This document shows, piece after piece, positions 35,537 through 46,296 of a DNA stretch of 46,296 bases. The notes under the pieces were generated by a model that was not told where the DNA came from, did no database searches, and worked only from the letters and a program-made list of their open reading frames with translations. Both the position numbers and the translations under genes were made by a program. How positions within the stretch are numbered: the stretch's first letter is position 1; each line of letters opens with the position of its first letter. This DNA is from Welwitschia mirabilis (lineage: Eukaryota), in the NCBI GenBank assembly GCA_051453625.1, contig JBOZIK010000001.1, forward strand, positions 40,774,658-40,820,953, written 5' to 3'.

Positions 35537-37078
35537 TTCCATTTATTGATCAAGGGAGCTCAAGTATCAGTGGAGGCCTCATTATGACTTAAAGCACTTT
35601 TATCATTTGGGCTTTTGAATTATTCAAGCATGATGTTTAAGGTCTCCTTCCCTTAGGTAAACTTCTCATTGATTGTCAATAAGTTTCTATCTAACATGCT
35701 TTAATTCATTCATTAGGTTACTAATCTCAGCTTTAAGAGTTGAGTCCTCAGATGATAACCTATTGCAAGAACCTTTTTCTTATTCATATGATAATTCTCA
35801 GAAATGAAGTAATATTTTCATTTTAGTACATATCATTTGCAAATTAATAAATTCTTTAGAAATTAAATCATAATTGTCTTAAAGAACCATATCTGTTTTA
35901 CCTTTACTGTCTGATTTAGATTATTTTTTTTCTTTCATCACTTTCCTTCTGGATATGTACAATGGCCATGTAGGATGAATGAACTTTTTTGTCTTTAGAC
36001 GTTTCTACCTCAGTTACATCTTCATCATCATCTTATCCTATGAAGAAAGATCTCCTTTTCTTAGGCTTTTTCTTTTATTCTTTTCCTTGTGCTATGTTAA
36101 AACTAGTACATTCTGAGCCTATGTATCCTTCTCTGCAACAAACCCAACATTCTAACTTATAAATATCATATTTGAAATAAAATGAAGAATTACTAGAAGT
36201 CTTACCTTTGTACTTACCTCTATCATGAAATTTAGATGATTTATGCTAGTTCTCTGTTTTGTTATTTTTGTGTGAAAGACATCTTTTGACTCACCTTATG
36301 ATGAAAGCAAGTTCTTTATCTACATCATCTTTATAGTATTATCCATCTGATCCTTCTTTCATTCTTCCTTTTGAAAATTGCCTTGCATTTTCACTAGCTT
36401 TAAGAGCAATAGGCTTTTGTTTTAAAGCACCATCTTGAATAAGATTCATTTTTTATGTTATTAGAGCACTTTGTAATTCTTTAATCTTCATTGAGTTAAA
36501 GTCTTTTGATTATTTCATGGTTGTTGTCTTAGGCCTTTATTTTAGAGTTAAGGATCCAACAACCTTTTGAATTACCTTGGCCTCAGAAAGATTTTCACCA
36601 ATGTCACATAGGAATTCACTATATTGGAGATTCTTGTGAAATATTCATGTACTCTCTCTCCATTATTCTTCTTTAGATTTTCAAACTTGTTTGTTTAGAT
36701 AAGAAGTTTTGATTTTTTCACGATGGATGTTCCTTCATATATGCCCATTAAAACATTTCATATTTCTTGTGTAGTTTTACATTTAGCTATTTTGTTGAAT
36801 TCCCCCATTGTAAGAGCTGAGTAGTGAGAATTCTTTGCTTTTGAGTCATACATGAAGGCTATCTTTTCTTTATCTCTCCCTATTCCTCTAGGCTTGATTT
36901 GTGTAATGGAGTTACTTGCAACATCTCTTATGGTTTTTGTAGGTTTTGAGTATCCATCTTTAATGCTTGGCTAAACCTAAAACTCATAAGACTGTGAGCA
37001 CACCCACATCCTCATCCTTTAATAAGCATAGTTAGTCTCATCAAACAGACAAAGTCTAATGGATGGCATCCCTTCCAT
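35537..37078 (-). pseudogene. gag: Large-SIRE gag (degenerate)
   Basis: LFDETNYAY*RMRM, IGENLSEAKVIQKVVGSL, KIKELQSALI, CWVCCREGYIGSEC, LNIMLE*FKSPNDKSAL. Confidence 0.88.
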
Positions 37079-37117
37079 AGTTCGGTTAAGGATGTTACTC
37101 TTTTACATATGTACCCA

Positions 37118-37128
37118 CTCTGATACCG
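37118..37128 (-). other. Primer-binding site (tRNA-iMet) of the large SIRE
   Basis: Minus strand CGGTATCAGAG, 2 nt after the LTR end. Confidence 0.88.
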
Positions 37129-37130
37129 CT

Positions 37131-38640
37131 TAAGGATGACTAAACTCAGAGGGAAGGTGTGAATGAGGTTACCAAAAATAAATTTAATCAAAAACAAGTT
37201 AAAAACTGTATAATAAATACCTTACTAGATTGGTTCCCTAACCTGGATACGTCCACTTATAAGGAGTAGCTTCCTCTTAGACTTTTGGATATTCTTAACT
37301 TACAAAAACAGTGCTTTTAAAGCACCATCAACCTTACATACAATATGAGGTGCTCCCATCAAAATAGCACTTTTTTGCCCTCAGTGATATTCAAGAAAAT
37401 AATAATACAAATGTGCTCACAATAACTAATACTATTTGAGATGCTCCTCTCAAGGTAGCACTCTCTTCCCTTCAAGGATATCCAATAAATTAAAACCAAA
37501 ATGTTCTCAAAAGCACTTACAAAAGCACACTCATATGAGGTTTGTCTTACAACATAGAACTCTAGCAAGGGATCATAAGATTTGATATAATAAATAGACT
37601 ATAATGAGAGTATTCAGAAATCTAATAGTCCTATAATGTAAGTTCCAATAAAAAACAATAAAAAATGAAACACCAAGCCTAAAATGATGCGTCTTTAATG
37701 AAGAGCTTGAGTTCTTTCTTGTTGTCATTACCTGTGAGTGCCAAAGATTAGAGTGATGTAATATTGTATGAGCCAATGATCAAATGATATAGTCACTTAA
37801 TAGTCCCTTATAAAAAATAGCTTGAAAGCTTGGTGAATAGAACCAATCGTCCATGCATTCCTATGTCATATTAGGTCTATCACCTTTTTTTTCCCTCTTT
37901 GTGCCTTTATACTTTTTGATGCCATTCAGCTATTGTCTTAGAAAGGAAGACATTTGAAACATGTAACCAGTATACAATAGATAGAAATGGCTAAGCATTA
38001 GGTTCACAATGGCTATTTTATTTTTTTGCAAAATTTAAGATAGACATGTTTAAGATGGTAGATGTCTTTTGTTAAGAAAATGTCTTTAAAATGGAAGACA
38101 TCTTTAATCAAACTACCTAAATTTTGTTGAAACTTAAACTATAGTTCCTCTAATCCTTACTGATCATGAATCCAAGATGTAAAACTTGATTGCTTTCTTA
38201 GGAAGTAGATGATTCATCAAAATGTAATTTATCTCTATTACCTATTTTTGTTTAATATAGACATCTTTAATTATGCAGATGTATTTTACCTATCTTAGAT
38301 CCTTACTTCATTATAGATGTCTTTATCAATGTAGATGTCTTTCTCTGTGATGAAGTCTATTTAGCATAGACATCTTTGATGTAGTAAATGTCTTTTCTAT
38401 AGACATCTTCAAATGTGTATACCTATTTCCCATAGACGTATTTAATTGTGAAGATGTCTTTTGTCAGTTATGATTTGGTATTTACAAGATTTAAGCTAAA
38501 CTTTCTATGTACTATGAACTTTGAGGTTGAACTTGGATTGATGCTTTTCATGATTTGGATTTCTTCACTTTGACCTATCTACATTATAGGCACAATACAT
38601 GTGACACGTTAAATCATCAAAACTTGATTTTTTACCAACA
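37131..38640 (-). repeat. 5' LTR of the large SIRE
   Basis: Starts TGTTGG at 38640; homologous to 9354-10748; followed by the PBS and gag. Confidence 0.92.
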
Positions 38641-38655
38641 AAAAACATTTCATAC

Positions 38656-38726
38656 GTTAGCATACCTAGTTGTTTAAGTATGTGGTTATTAACCACAAGG
38701 ATAAAAGTTTGACCCCTCCTTGTAAT
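38656..38726 (+). pseudogene. trnN: tRNA-Asn pseudogene
   Basis: tgtggttattaaccacaagg..gtttgacccctcctt against TGTGGCTGTTAACCACAAGG..GTTCGACCCCTCCTT; paralog of 7508-7578. Confidence 0.8.
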
Positions 38727-39083
38727 CATAATCTATTATTATTTAATTTTCAACATTAACATAACGATGTAATTTATGTATGTATTTTCTTATAAAAATA
38801 AAATGAAACTAATATAAAGTTTTACATTTTATTTTAACTAGAGAATGTTGTTAAGAAAAGATAATAACATGAGATATCTTCTTTTTCTTTCATTTTTTTA
38901 AAATTTTTTAAATTACATAAGAATATAGTTAATGAAGAAAATCTTAATATGTTTATTTGACATATTAACAATGTATCTGTAAGGGGATATTAAACTTAGA
39001 ACTTTTATGATGATGCCTCCCTTGGAATATAATCACGAGGATCACTGACTAGAGCTAATAATCAATAAAAATATGCATAAATT

Positions 39084-39162
39084 CTATGAAACTATACACT
39101 AAAACACTGGAAATGTATGACTGTTAACTTAAGAATTAGATTTAATCATTTATTTTTTAAAA
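39084..39162 (+). pseudogene. Weak tRNA-Asn remnant
   Basis: gtatgactgttaacttaagaattaga; context paralogous to 8585-8686. Confidence 0.35.
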
Positions 39163-39331
39163 TTAAAGTTTACTAAATAACTATTTAAGAGGATCATATC
39201 TTGAACTAATTTAATTTAAATTGTATTACCGACATAGGATATTGTAAATGTTAACTTAAATACTTTAAGTTGAAGATGGATAGATTCCCAATATCAGTGG
39301 GGAGTGTGTGGGAAGTTGGGGGGACAAGACA

Positions 39332-39899
39332 AGCATATGTTGAGCTACATATATTGGAGTAAGAAATAGATAAACATCCTTTTTATTTTTTTCAAGTTAT
39401 GATGTAAAAAAAATAGTATACATGATAACTTTTTAGCTTTTCATTTATAACAATAATACAAACATAACAATAGCATGAAATAGTATTCATGTATATTAAA
39501 TAACTAATACAAATTAATGTTTCCTTTGCAAGTAGCTTTGGAGCTTAGATTGATGCACATGCTTCCTTTTCGAGAAGCACTGGAACTTTATAAAATACAT
39601 TTATAAAACAACACTTATTTCTAAGCACTACTAGTGTTCTAGCGTATGTTAAGCTGCATATACTAGAGCAAGAAATATATAAACATCCTTTTTTTAAGTT
39701 ATAGTATAACAAAAATAGTATGCATGATAACGTTTTATTTTTTCATTTGTAACAAGATTGTAATACAAATGTAATACTTAGCATGAAATAGTATATGTGT
39801 ATATTAAAAAACTAATAAAAATTAGTGTTTCATTTGTAGGTAGCACTAGAGCTTAGATTGATGCCTATGTTTTCTTTCCAGTAAGCACTGGAACTTTAG
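39332..39899. repeat. Tandem duplication (two ~260 bp copies, ~310 bp period)
   Basis: 39332-39590 and 39641-39899 align throughout (agc.tatgtt.agct.catata..aagcactggaacttta). Confidence 0.9.
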
Positions 39900-40089
39900 T
39901 AATCTTCTATGATAAATCTCTTACAATGCCTAGTCTCCTTCCTTGCCAAAAGATGTTCTTTAAAATCAGCCTTCCTTTCTTATATTCCCCTCCTTGGTTT
40001 CTTGTTAATTTTTTTCCTTTTCTCAAATCTAGTTATGTTTTCTAGGTTGTTATTGCATCTTAGCCTACTCATTCTATTATTTATCCTTA

Positions 40090-41620
40090 TGCCAAGGGGC
40101 AATTGTATCTATAGTGATTATTAATAATATATACATAATACTAACTGCTAATAGACTAATATAAAAATTGCTCATTAGATTAAATAATAGATATAACTTT
40201 CTATTTAAGTTAGCATTATTACATAGGACTCTTGGTCATCAATTGCTTCCATTATCAAACTTTTGTTAATCCCTTAACAAAAATATAATTACACAAAAAC
40301 ATATAAATCCTATTTTTAGCCCTTTTGTTAATCATAACATGTTGGTATTTCTTTGAATCTAATTATTTCATTTGTCATAGCTAATTGAGTTGAATTCCTT
40401 TCTTATTCTATTTGGGCTAAGAGTGTTCTTTATTTCTCTAACATGGTAGAGTTTTCTAAGTCATTTGTTTCTAACTCTTTTAGATATGAGGCTTTAGTTA
40501 AGAAGCCTCTTCCCATACCCTTGCCTCTTCATGAATCCTTGGCCTATTTCAATTATTCTTTATGATATTTCCTATTAGATGTGGAAGCAACGCTATGAGC
40601 CATCATCGATTTTGGTGTCATCTCTGTCCTCGTGCTCCCTTCTCTAGAAGTTTTCCCAATTGGAATAGTAAAAATCCAAAAATTATTCCTTTTTGTCATC
40701 TTTAGAAATATGTTGGCAAAATTACCTCTATTCATATTCATATTATTTACATATCAATCTTTGAAGAGGTCTAGTTTCTTAAATCTTGAGGGGAAATTTT
40801 GAAGAGCTTCATATCTATCTTGCATTTTTATATGATTTTACAAAATTGGGTGGATGTATTAGTCATGATATTTTAGGTACTCTCTATAGATAGTTATCTT
40901 TTGTTTTGATTAAATTTTCTTTTCATCTTGTCTAGCATTTTAAACCTTGATTTAAAAACTCTTCAAATTTTTGATCATCCCTCAGAACTCTTTTGGATTA
41001 TATTTTTTAATTCCTCTTAAAATTTATTTGTAAAATCATATAGCTTTTGGGGATAGTAATTCAAACTTTATGGTATAGATAATACTTCATGTGTAAAGTC
41101 AATTCTATTCCCTAATTTACCTCCATAATTTTTAATTCATGTAGAAGTCTCATGTTCTCTTTTTCTAAATTCTAAATTATTAATTAGATCAAGTTTTAAC
41201 ATATTACTCCAATATTTTTCTTTAGATTAGTGAAGGATTTATCCTTAGATTTCCTAATTTTTTTTTTCTTTAGCTAATAAGGTTTGATGCATATTTATTT
41301 TATTTTTTAACATGTTCTTAAAAGGTATTCAAAATAGATAAGAATTTATTATTAAGTTGATGACTCTTTGGGATCTTGTTAAAATGATCCCTTATAGATC
41401 TTACTACCTCCTAAATTCCCTTTTTCACTTATGTTATAGTCCACTGTAATAATGAGTTGACAAGAGTAGGGATAAAAATTTGTGTTCTTGTAGAGCATAC
41501 TCTTTCTAATTTGTTCTTTAAAGATTTATTTCCTTCAAACATTTAGTTAATGGTCCTTTTATTATTTTGTAACATCTTTTGATAAGAGTCATTTTGAGTT
41601 AATACTTTTATTCATGTTTA
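40090..41620 (-). pseudogene. Very degenerate copia (SIRE-like) gag remnant
   Basis: FEGNKSLK, LVNSL..ISEK, and YYVYIINNHYRYNCP, which restores to CX2CX4HX4C if the TAT codons derive from TGT. Confidence 0.4.
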
Positions 41621-41632
41621 CTTATAAGTATT

Positions 41633-41826
41633 TGTTAAATATAGATATTGTATTTAGATGTATTTTTGGTGTACTTTTGTTTTGCCTTGTATTTCTCCTT
41701 AGAATAGGCTTAGCCGTGTAACTCTCCTTTAGTTTAGGATAGTTTGTTGTTTCCTTTTTCTTAGAAGTGTACTGTATATATTCTCTTCCTTATCAATAGA
41801 ATTTCTCAAGGGGAATTACTTTAACA
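41633..41826 (+). repeat. 5' LTR of the Ale-like element
   Basis: 7-bp terminal inverted repeat TGTTAAA/TTTAACA directly followed by the PBS. Confidence 0.85.
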
Positions 41827-42205
41827 TGGTATCAAAGCGTGACATTAAAAACCCAGATCCTCTCCATCCCTTTGCTCTCACGTAAATCTCCAAGCCGATC
41901 TCCACTGCTCGGCATCACTCTCATATTTCCTTCCCCATCTCGTACCATTGTCGTCTCCCCTCGACGCCACATCGCCCCTCTCAAATAGCCGCCCACAGCG
42001 CCACTAGAATTTCATCGTCTGAATTGGTGCCCTCGTTACATGTCAGCGGCAGCCCTTGTGTTCGTTCTCGGCGTCTTCTTTTCTTGCAGTGGTCTTCGAT
42101 GTTTCGGTATAGTTACTTCCATTTCTCCTGCCCATTTTTTAGCCCTTGTTTCTGCTAAATTATTTTCTGTTTATTGTTCTTAATTGTGACTCCACCCCTT
42201 TTACT

Positions 42206-45200
42206 ATGTCTGACCATGAATCTGATGATACCCCCACCGTCAACCCAGCCCAAACTGTCCCTCCCCCATCTCGTCCCCCTATACACCCCGCATTAACGGT
42301 TGGGAATGTTTCTGCTTCCTTTAGTTTCCGCCTGTCTGATCAAGATTCAAATTATAAGACATGGCGCGGGATGTTTATCGATTTCTGTCGTTCTTATTTT
42401 GTTTACGATCATTTAATGGTAACTCAGTGCCTAATCATGCTAATGATAGTGAGTGGTATGCCATTGACTCCACCATAAAAAGATGGTTTTATGCCATGGT
42501 GGACGTTAAACTGTTAAAAAATATTGATTTGGAAACCGCCACCGCTTGTGATTTATGGTGCGCCATTGAGGCTAACTTTCGTAGTAATAAACCAACATGT
42601 GTGCTACAATTAAATGAACATTTTCATAGCCTTCAAAAGGGTTCAATGAGTATATCTGATTATTGTCAAGAAATGAAGTCACTCTCTGATAATTTGGCCA
42701 ATCTTGATTGTCCTATTTCTGAGAAAAGTTTTATTTTAAAGTTACTTCAAGGGTTACCCGAGTCATATATGTTGTTAGTTACTGTTCTAACAACTCAAAA
42801 ACCCTTTCCCTCTTTTGATGGAGTGCGTAATCAATTACTTATTCACGAGTCTCATACTAATCATTTCCTAGCCCCCACGACCCCATCTGATTCCACCATG
42901 GCTCTCTATACCCAAGCCCCTTCCCAACCCAATCGCAATTCTAACAATTACAGGAATAATTTCAGAAATCGGGGCAGGTTAAACAGATGAAACCCGGCTG
43001 ACACGGTGGATCCACTGCTACAAATTATTCAGGCCCGAGAAATGGACCCAACTTTACTAGGCTTCCCGCTAGTGTAAGTCTCCAGTACATTCAGCAGACA
43101 GCAAGTGGGTCGCGAATTCTTGGCCCAACTCTGCCCACCCAACTTCAGCCTGCCCANNNNNNNNNNNNNNNNNNNNNNNNNNNNNNNNNNNNNNNNNNNN
43201 NNNNNNNNNNNNNNNNNNNNNNNNNNNNNNNNNNNNNNNNNNNNNNNNNNNNNNNNNNNNNNNNNNNNNNNNNNNNNNNNNNNNNNNNNNNNNNNNNNNN
43301 NNNNNNNNNNNNNNNNNNNNNNNNNNNNNNNNNNNNNNNNNNNNNNNNNNNNNNNNNNNNNNNNNNNNNNNNNNNNNNNNNNNNNNNNNNNNNNNNNNNN
43401 NNNNNNNNNNNNNNNNNNNNNNNNNNNNNNNNNNNNNNNNNNNNNNNNNNNNNNNNNNNNNNNNNNNNNNNNNNNNNNNNNNNNNNNNNNNNNNNNNNNN
43501 NNNNNNNNNNNNNNNNNNNNNNNNNNNNNNNNNNNNNNNNNNNNNNNNNNNNNNNNNNNNNNNNNNNNNNNNNNNNNNNNNNNNNNNNNNNNNNNNNNNN
43601 NNNNNNNNNNNNNNNNNNNNNNNNNNNNNNCCTGCCCACAATCCACAGCAGTAGGCCCTTTTTTCTCAGGTCAATAGATAGCCCAGCAGCGTTCCAGGTG
43701 CAGCCCAACACTCGCTCCAACTTGCTTCAAAAAATTTTTACTTCACCTTTGTACTTGGGCCTCCACCAGCAAACCCAACAGCTTCGGTCCCCACACAACA
43801 GTCCAAAAATTTGGCCATCTCTCTTTATGCTTAGCCCACAGCCACTCCCTCGACCCACACACAGGCACATGATCTCTCCGCCTATTTTTTCACCATGCAG
43901 TTGCAGCAACTCGATGATAACTGGTACCTTAACACTGGGGTCATGTCACACATGANNNNNNNNNNNNNNNNNNNNNNNNNNNNNNNNNNNNNNNNNNNNN
44001 NNNNNNNNNNNNNNNNNNNNNNNNNNNNNNNNNNNNNNNNNNNNNNNNNNNNNNNTAGGTATTCTACATAATTTTGCACCTAGTGATAAGTCCATTTCTA
44101 TTTTAGTTGGTACTGGTGCATATATGCCGGTTCCATATATTGGTAACACTTCCTTATTTTCCACTCGTCGTCCTCTTACTTTGAATAATGTCCTCATCTC
44201 TCCACACCTTGTCAAAAACTTGATTTCTGTATGTCAATTCACTAAAGATAATAATTGGTCAATTGAATTTGACTCTCTTGGCTTCTCTATGAAGGACAAT
44301 AGGATTGGAGCAGTGATTCTTCGCAGCAACAGTCCCAGAGACCTTTATCCCATTCATTCCTCTTCGACCACTGATTCCACATCTCAGCTCGTGGCTCTCA
44401 CGGCCCTATCCCTACCGTCTGGCATCAACGCCTTGGTCATCCGAGCGACTCTATTTTTAAGTTTCTTTGTTCTCGCAAATTTATTTCTTTAGTAAAAACT
44501 CTTCTAGTGGTTTATGTGATGCTTGCCGACTTGGCAAGCACAAACGATTTCCGTTTTCCAATAGTTGCTCTAGGTCTAATAAAATTTTTGAGTTAATACA
44601 TTCAGACTTATGGACGTCTCTCATTGCTAATATCAATGGTTTCAAGTATTATGTTTTATTTCTTGACGATTTTTCTCACTTCTTATGGGTCTTTCCAATT
44701 AAATCAAAATTTGATGTGTTTGACACCTTTCTCCATTTTTATGCTTATGTTCAAACTCAATTCCAAACTCAAATTAAAAGTTTTCAATGTGATCATGGAG
44801 GAGAATTTGACAATAACTCCTTTCACAATTTTTTAAATAAAAATGGCATTTCTTTTCGCTTTTCATGCCTGCATACGTCTCAACAAAATGGTAAAGTTGA
44901 ACGCACTATTTAGTCTATCAACAACATCATTCGGACTTTACTTTTCCAATCCTCCCTCCCTCCCTCTTTTTGGGCAAAAGCCCTTTACATGGCTGTTCAT
45001 CTTATGAACATTCTGCCTACAACGACTCTGTCATTTAAAACTCCCTTTGAAATTCTCTTCAATTTTTCTCCTTCCTATGAACACCTTCGAGTGTTTGGAT
45101 GCTTGTGCTATCCCAACCTCTCGTCCACTGCGCCACATAAATTGGCTCCACGCTCTACAGCGTGCATCTTTCTCGGCTATCCCTCTAATCATAGAGGTTA

Positions 45201-46296
45201 TCAATGTCTTGATATATCTACAAATCGGATTATTATTTCTCGCCATGTGTCCTTTGATGAGAATAATTTTCCCTCCGTCTCTCATTTCCCCTTCACTCCT
45301 CCTCAATCGTATGATTTTTTAGGTGATGACAACCCGTCACCCCTTCTCTTCCAACTTGTCTCTCTTCCAGGCTTTTCGTCAAGCCCAGCCAATTAAGGTT
45401 GTTCCCCTACTTTAACTCAGCAACCCACTGCTGAGCGAGCCCTTTCCTCCCAGCCACACCAACAAAATCCTGCTGCCTCCAGCCCACAAGCGCAACCCAC
45501 TGCCCCTAATCCCACTTCCCGTCAACCCTCTGACCCAGGCCTAATTATCCATCCCACTGCTAAACAAGCTTACTCCCGTGAGCCTGCTCCTCACGAACAT
45601 ACCCCAGGCCCGCATCGGTAGTCCACTGCCATTCACCCTGCTCCAGGCCCGCAGCCCTCTCGGGCCCTCGGTTTGGTCGATGTGCTTGGGCCATCTGGAT
45701 CGGCCAATCCAAACCCGACCCACCATCTCGGCCCTTCTCAATCCCAACATCTCATGAACACTCGTTCTAAATCCGGGATTCTCAAAACTTGCCAAATTCT
45801 TAACATCTCATGAACACTAGATTACTACCATGCAAGAAGAACTTTCAGCTCTACACTCTAACGACACTTGGGAAGTCGTTCCCTATCTGTTGGATGTTAA
45901 CATCGTGGGCTCCAAGTGGATCTTTAAGCATAAGTTCTGCTCTGATGACTCTCTTGAGCGCTACGAGGCCCGCCTTATAGCTCAAGGCTTCACACAATAA
46001 CCCGACATTGACTATGAGGAAACTTTTAGTCCTGTTGTTAAACCTACTACCATCCGCTCTGTTCTTAGCCTATCCATTTTCCGTTCTTGGCCTATTCATC
46101 AACTTGATGTCAAGAACGCTTTCCTCCATGGTAATCTCTCTGAGACCGTCTACATGAAGCAGCCACCTGGCTTCACTGACTCTACTAAGCCTAGTCATGT
46201 CTGTCGCCTGAAAAAGGTACTCTATGACTTGAAACAAGCCCCCCGAGCTTGGCACCATTGCTTTGCTTCTTACATTACCTCTCTTGGTTTAGTTAG
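42206..46296 (+). pseudogene. pol: gag-pol polyprotein, disrupted (gag, protease, GAG-pre-integrase, integrase, RT)
   Basis: [93 protein letters not shown]. Several stops and frameshifts, two gaps. Confidence 0.93.

Larger units (their letters stand above)
9354..38640 (-). mobile_element. Full-length degenerate Sirevirus (SIRE Ty1/copia) LTR retrotransposon with three nested insertions
   Basis: Homologous LTRs at 37131-38640 and 9354-10748, PBS at 37118-37128, PPT at 10749-10760, gag-PR-INT-RT-RH-env order on the minus strand, AAAAA on both sides (9349-9353, 38641-38645). The rejoined flanks match a paralogous unit at ~7420-7900. Confidence 0.9.
41633..46296 (+). mobile_element. Younger Ty1/copia element, Ale/Retrofit-like; 3' end outside the window
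   Basis: 194-bp LTR TGTTAAA..TTTAACA (41633-41826), PBS TGGTATCAAAGC (41827-41838), gag-pol, CpGs retained. Confidence 0.92.

Noticed and set aside
43029-43720. Long ORFs made largely of X
   Set aside because: Artefacts of translating through N runs.

Overview
AT-rich plant nuclear DNA from a draft assembly (six N gaps), made almost entirely of nested, decayed transposons, with no intact host gene. The backbone is a minus-strand Sirevirus (SIRE, Ty1/copia) at 9354-38640 with two LTRs, PBS, PPT, gag-pol, an env-like ORF and an AAAAA TSD. It has three nested insertions. (i) A gag-only SIRE with a CTATC TSD and an anomalous third LTR (14088-23510). (ii) A short-LTR Tat/Retand-like element carrying a captured NDR1/HIN1-like (LEA_2) gene fragment and an Athila remnant (25475-29703). 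(iii) A non-autonomous CACTA element carrying a proline-dehydrogenase fragment and a probable hnRNP fragment (Pack-CACTA, ~30554-35536). Older gypsy and copia remnants lie at 1-6850 and ~40090-41620, and a younger Ale-like copia runs from 41633 to the window end. The most unexpected feature is a decayed, co-oriented array of different nuclear-type tRNA genes at ~7235-9327, continuing at 38656-39162 and split by the SIRE insertion. The Asn copies are clear; Glu/Asp, Gln, His, Ala, Leu and iMet are tentative. All alignments were done by eye against remembered consensus motifs, with no searches run.
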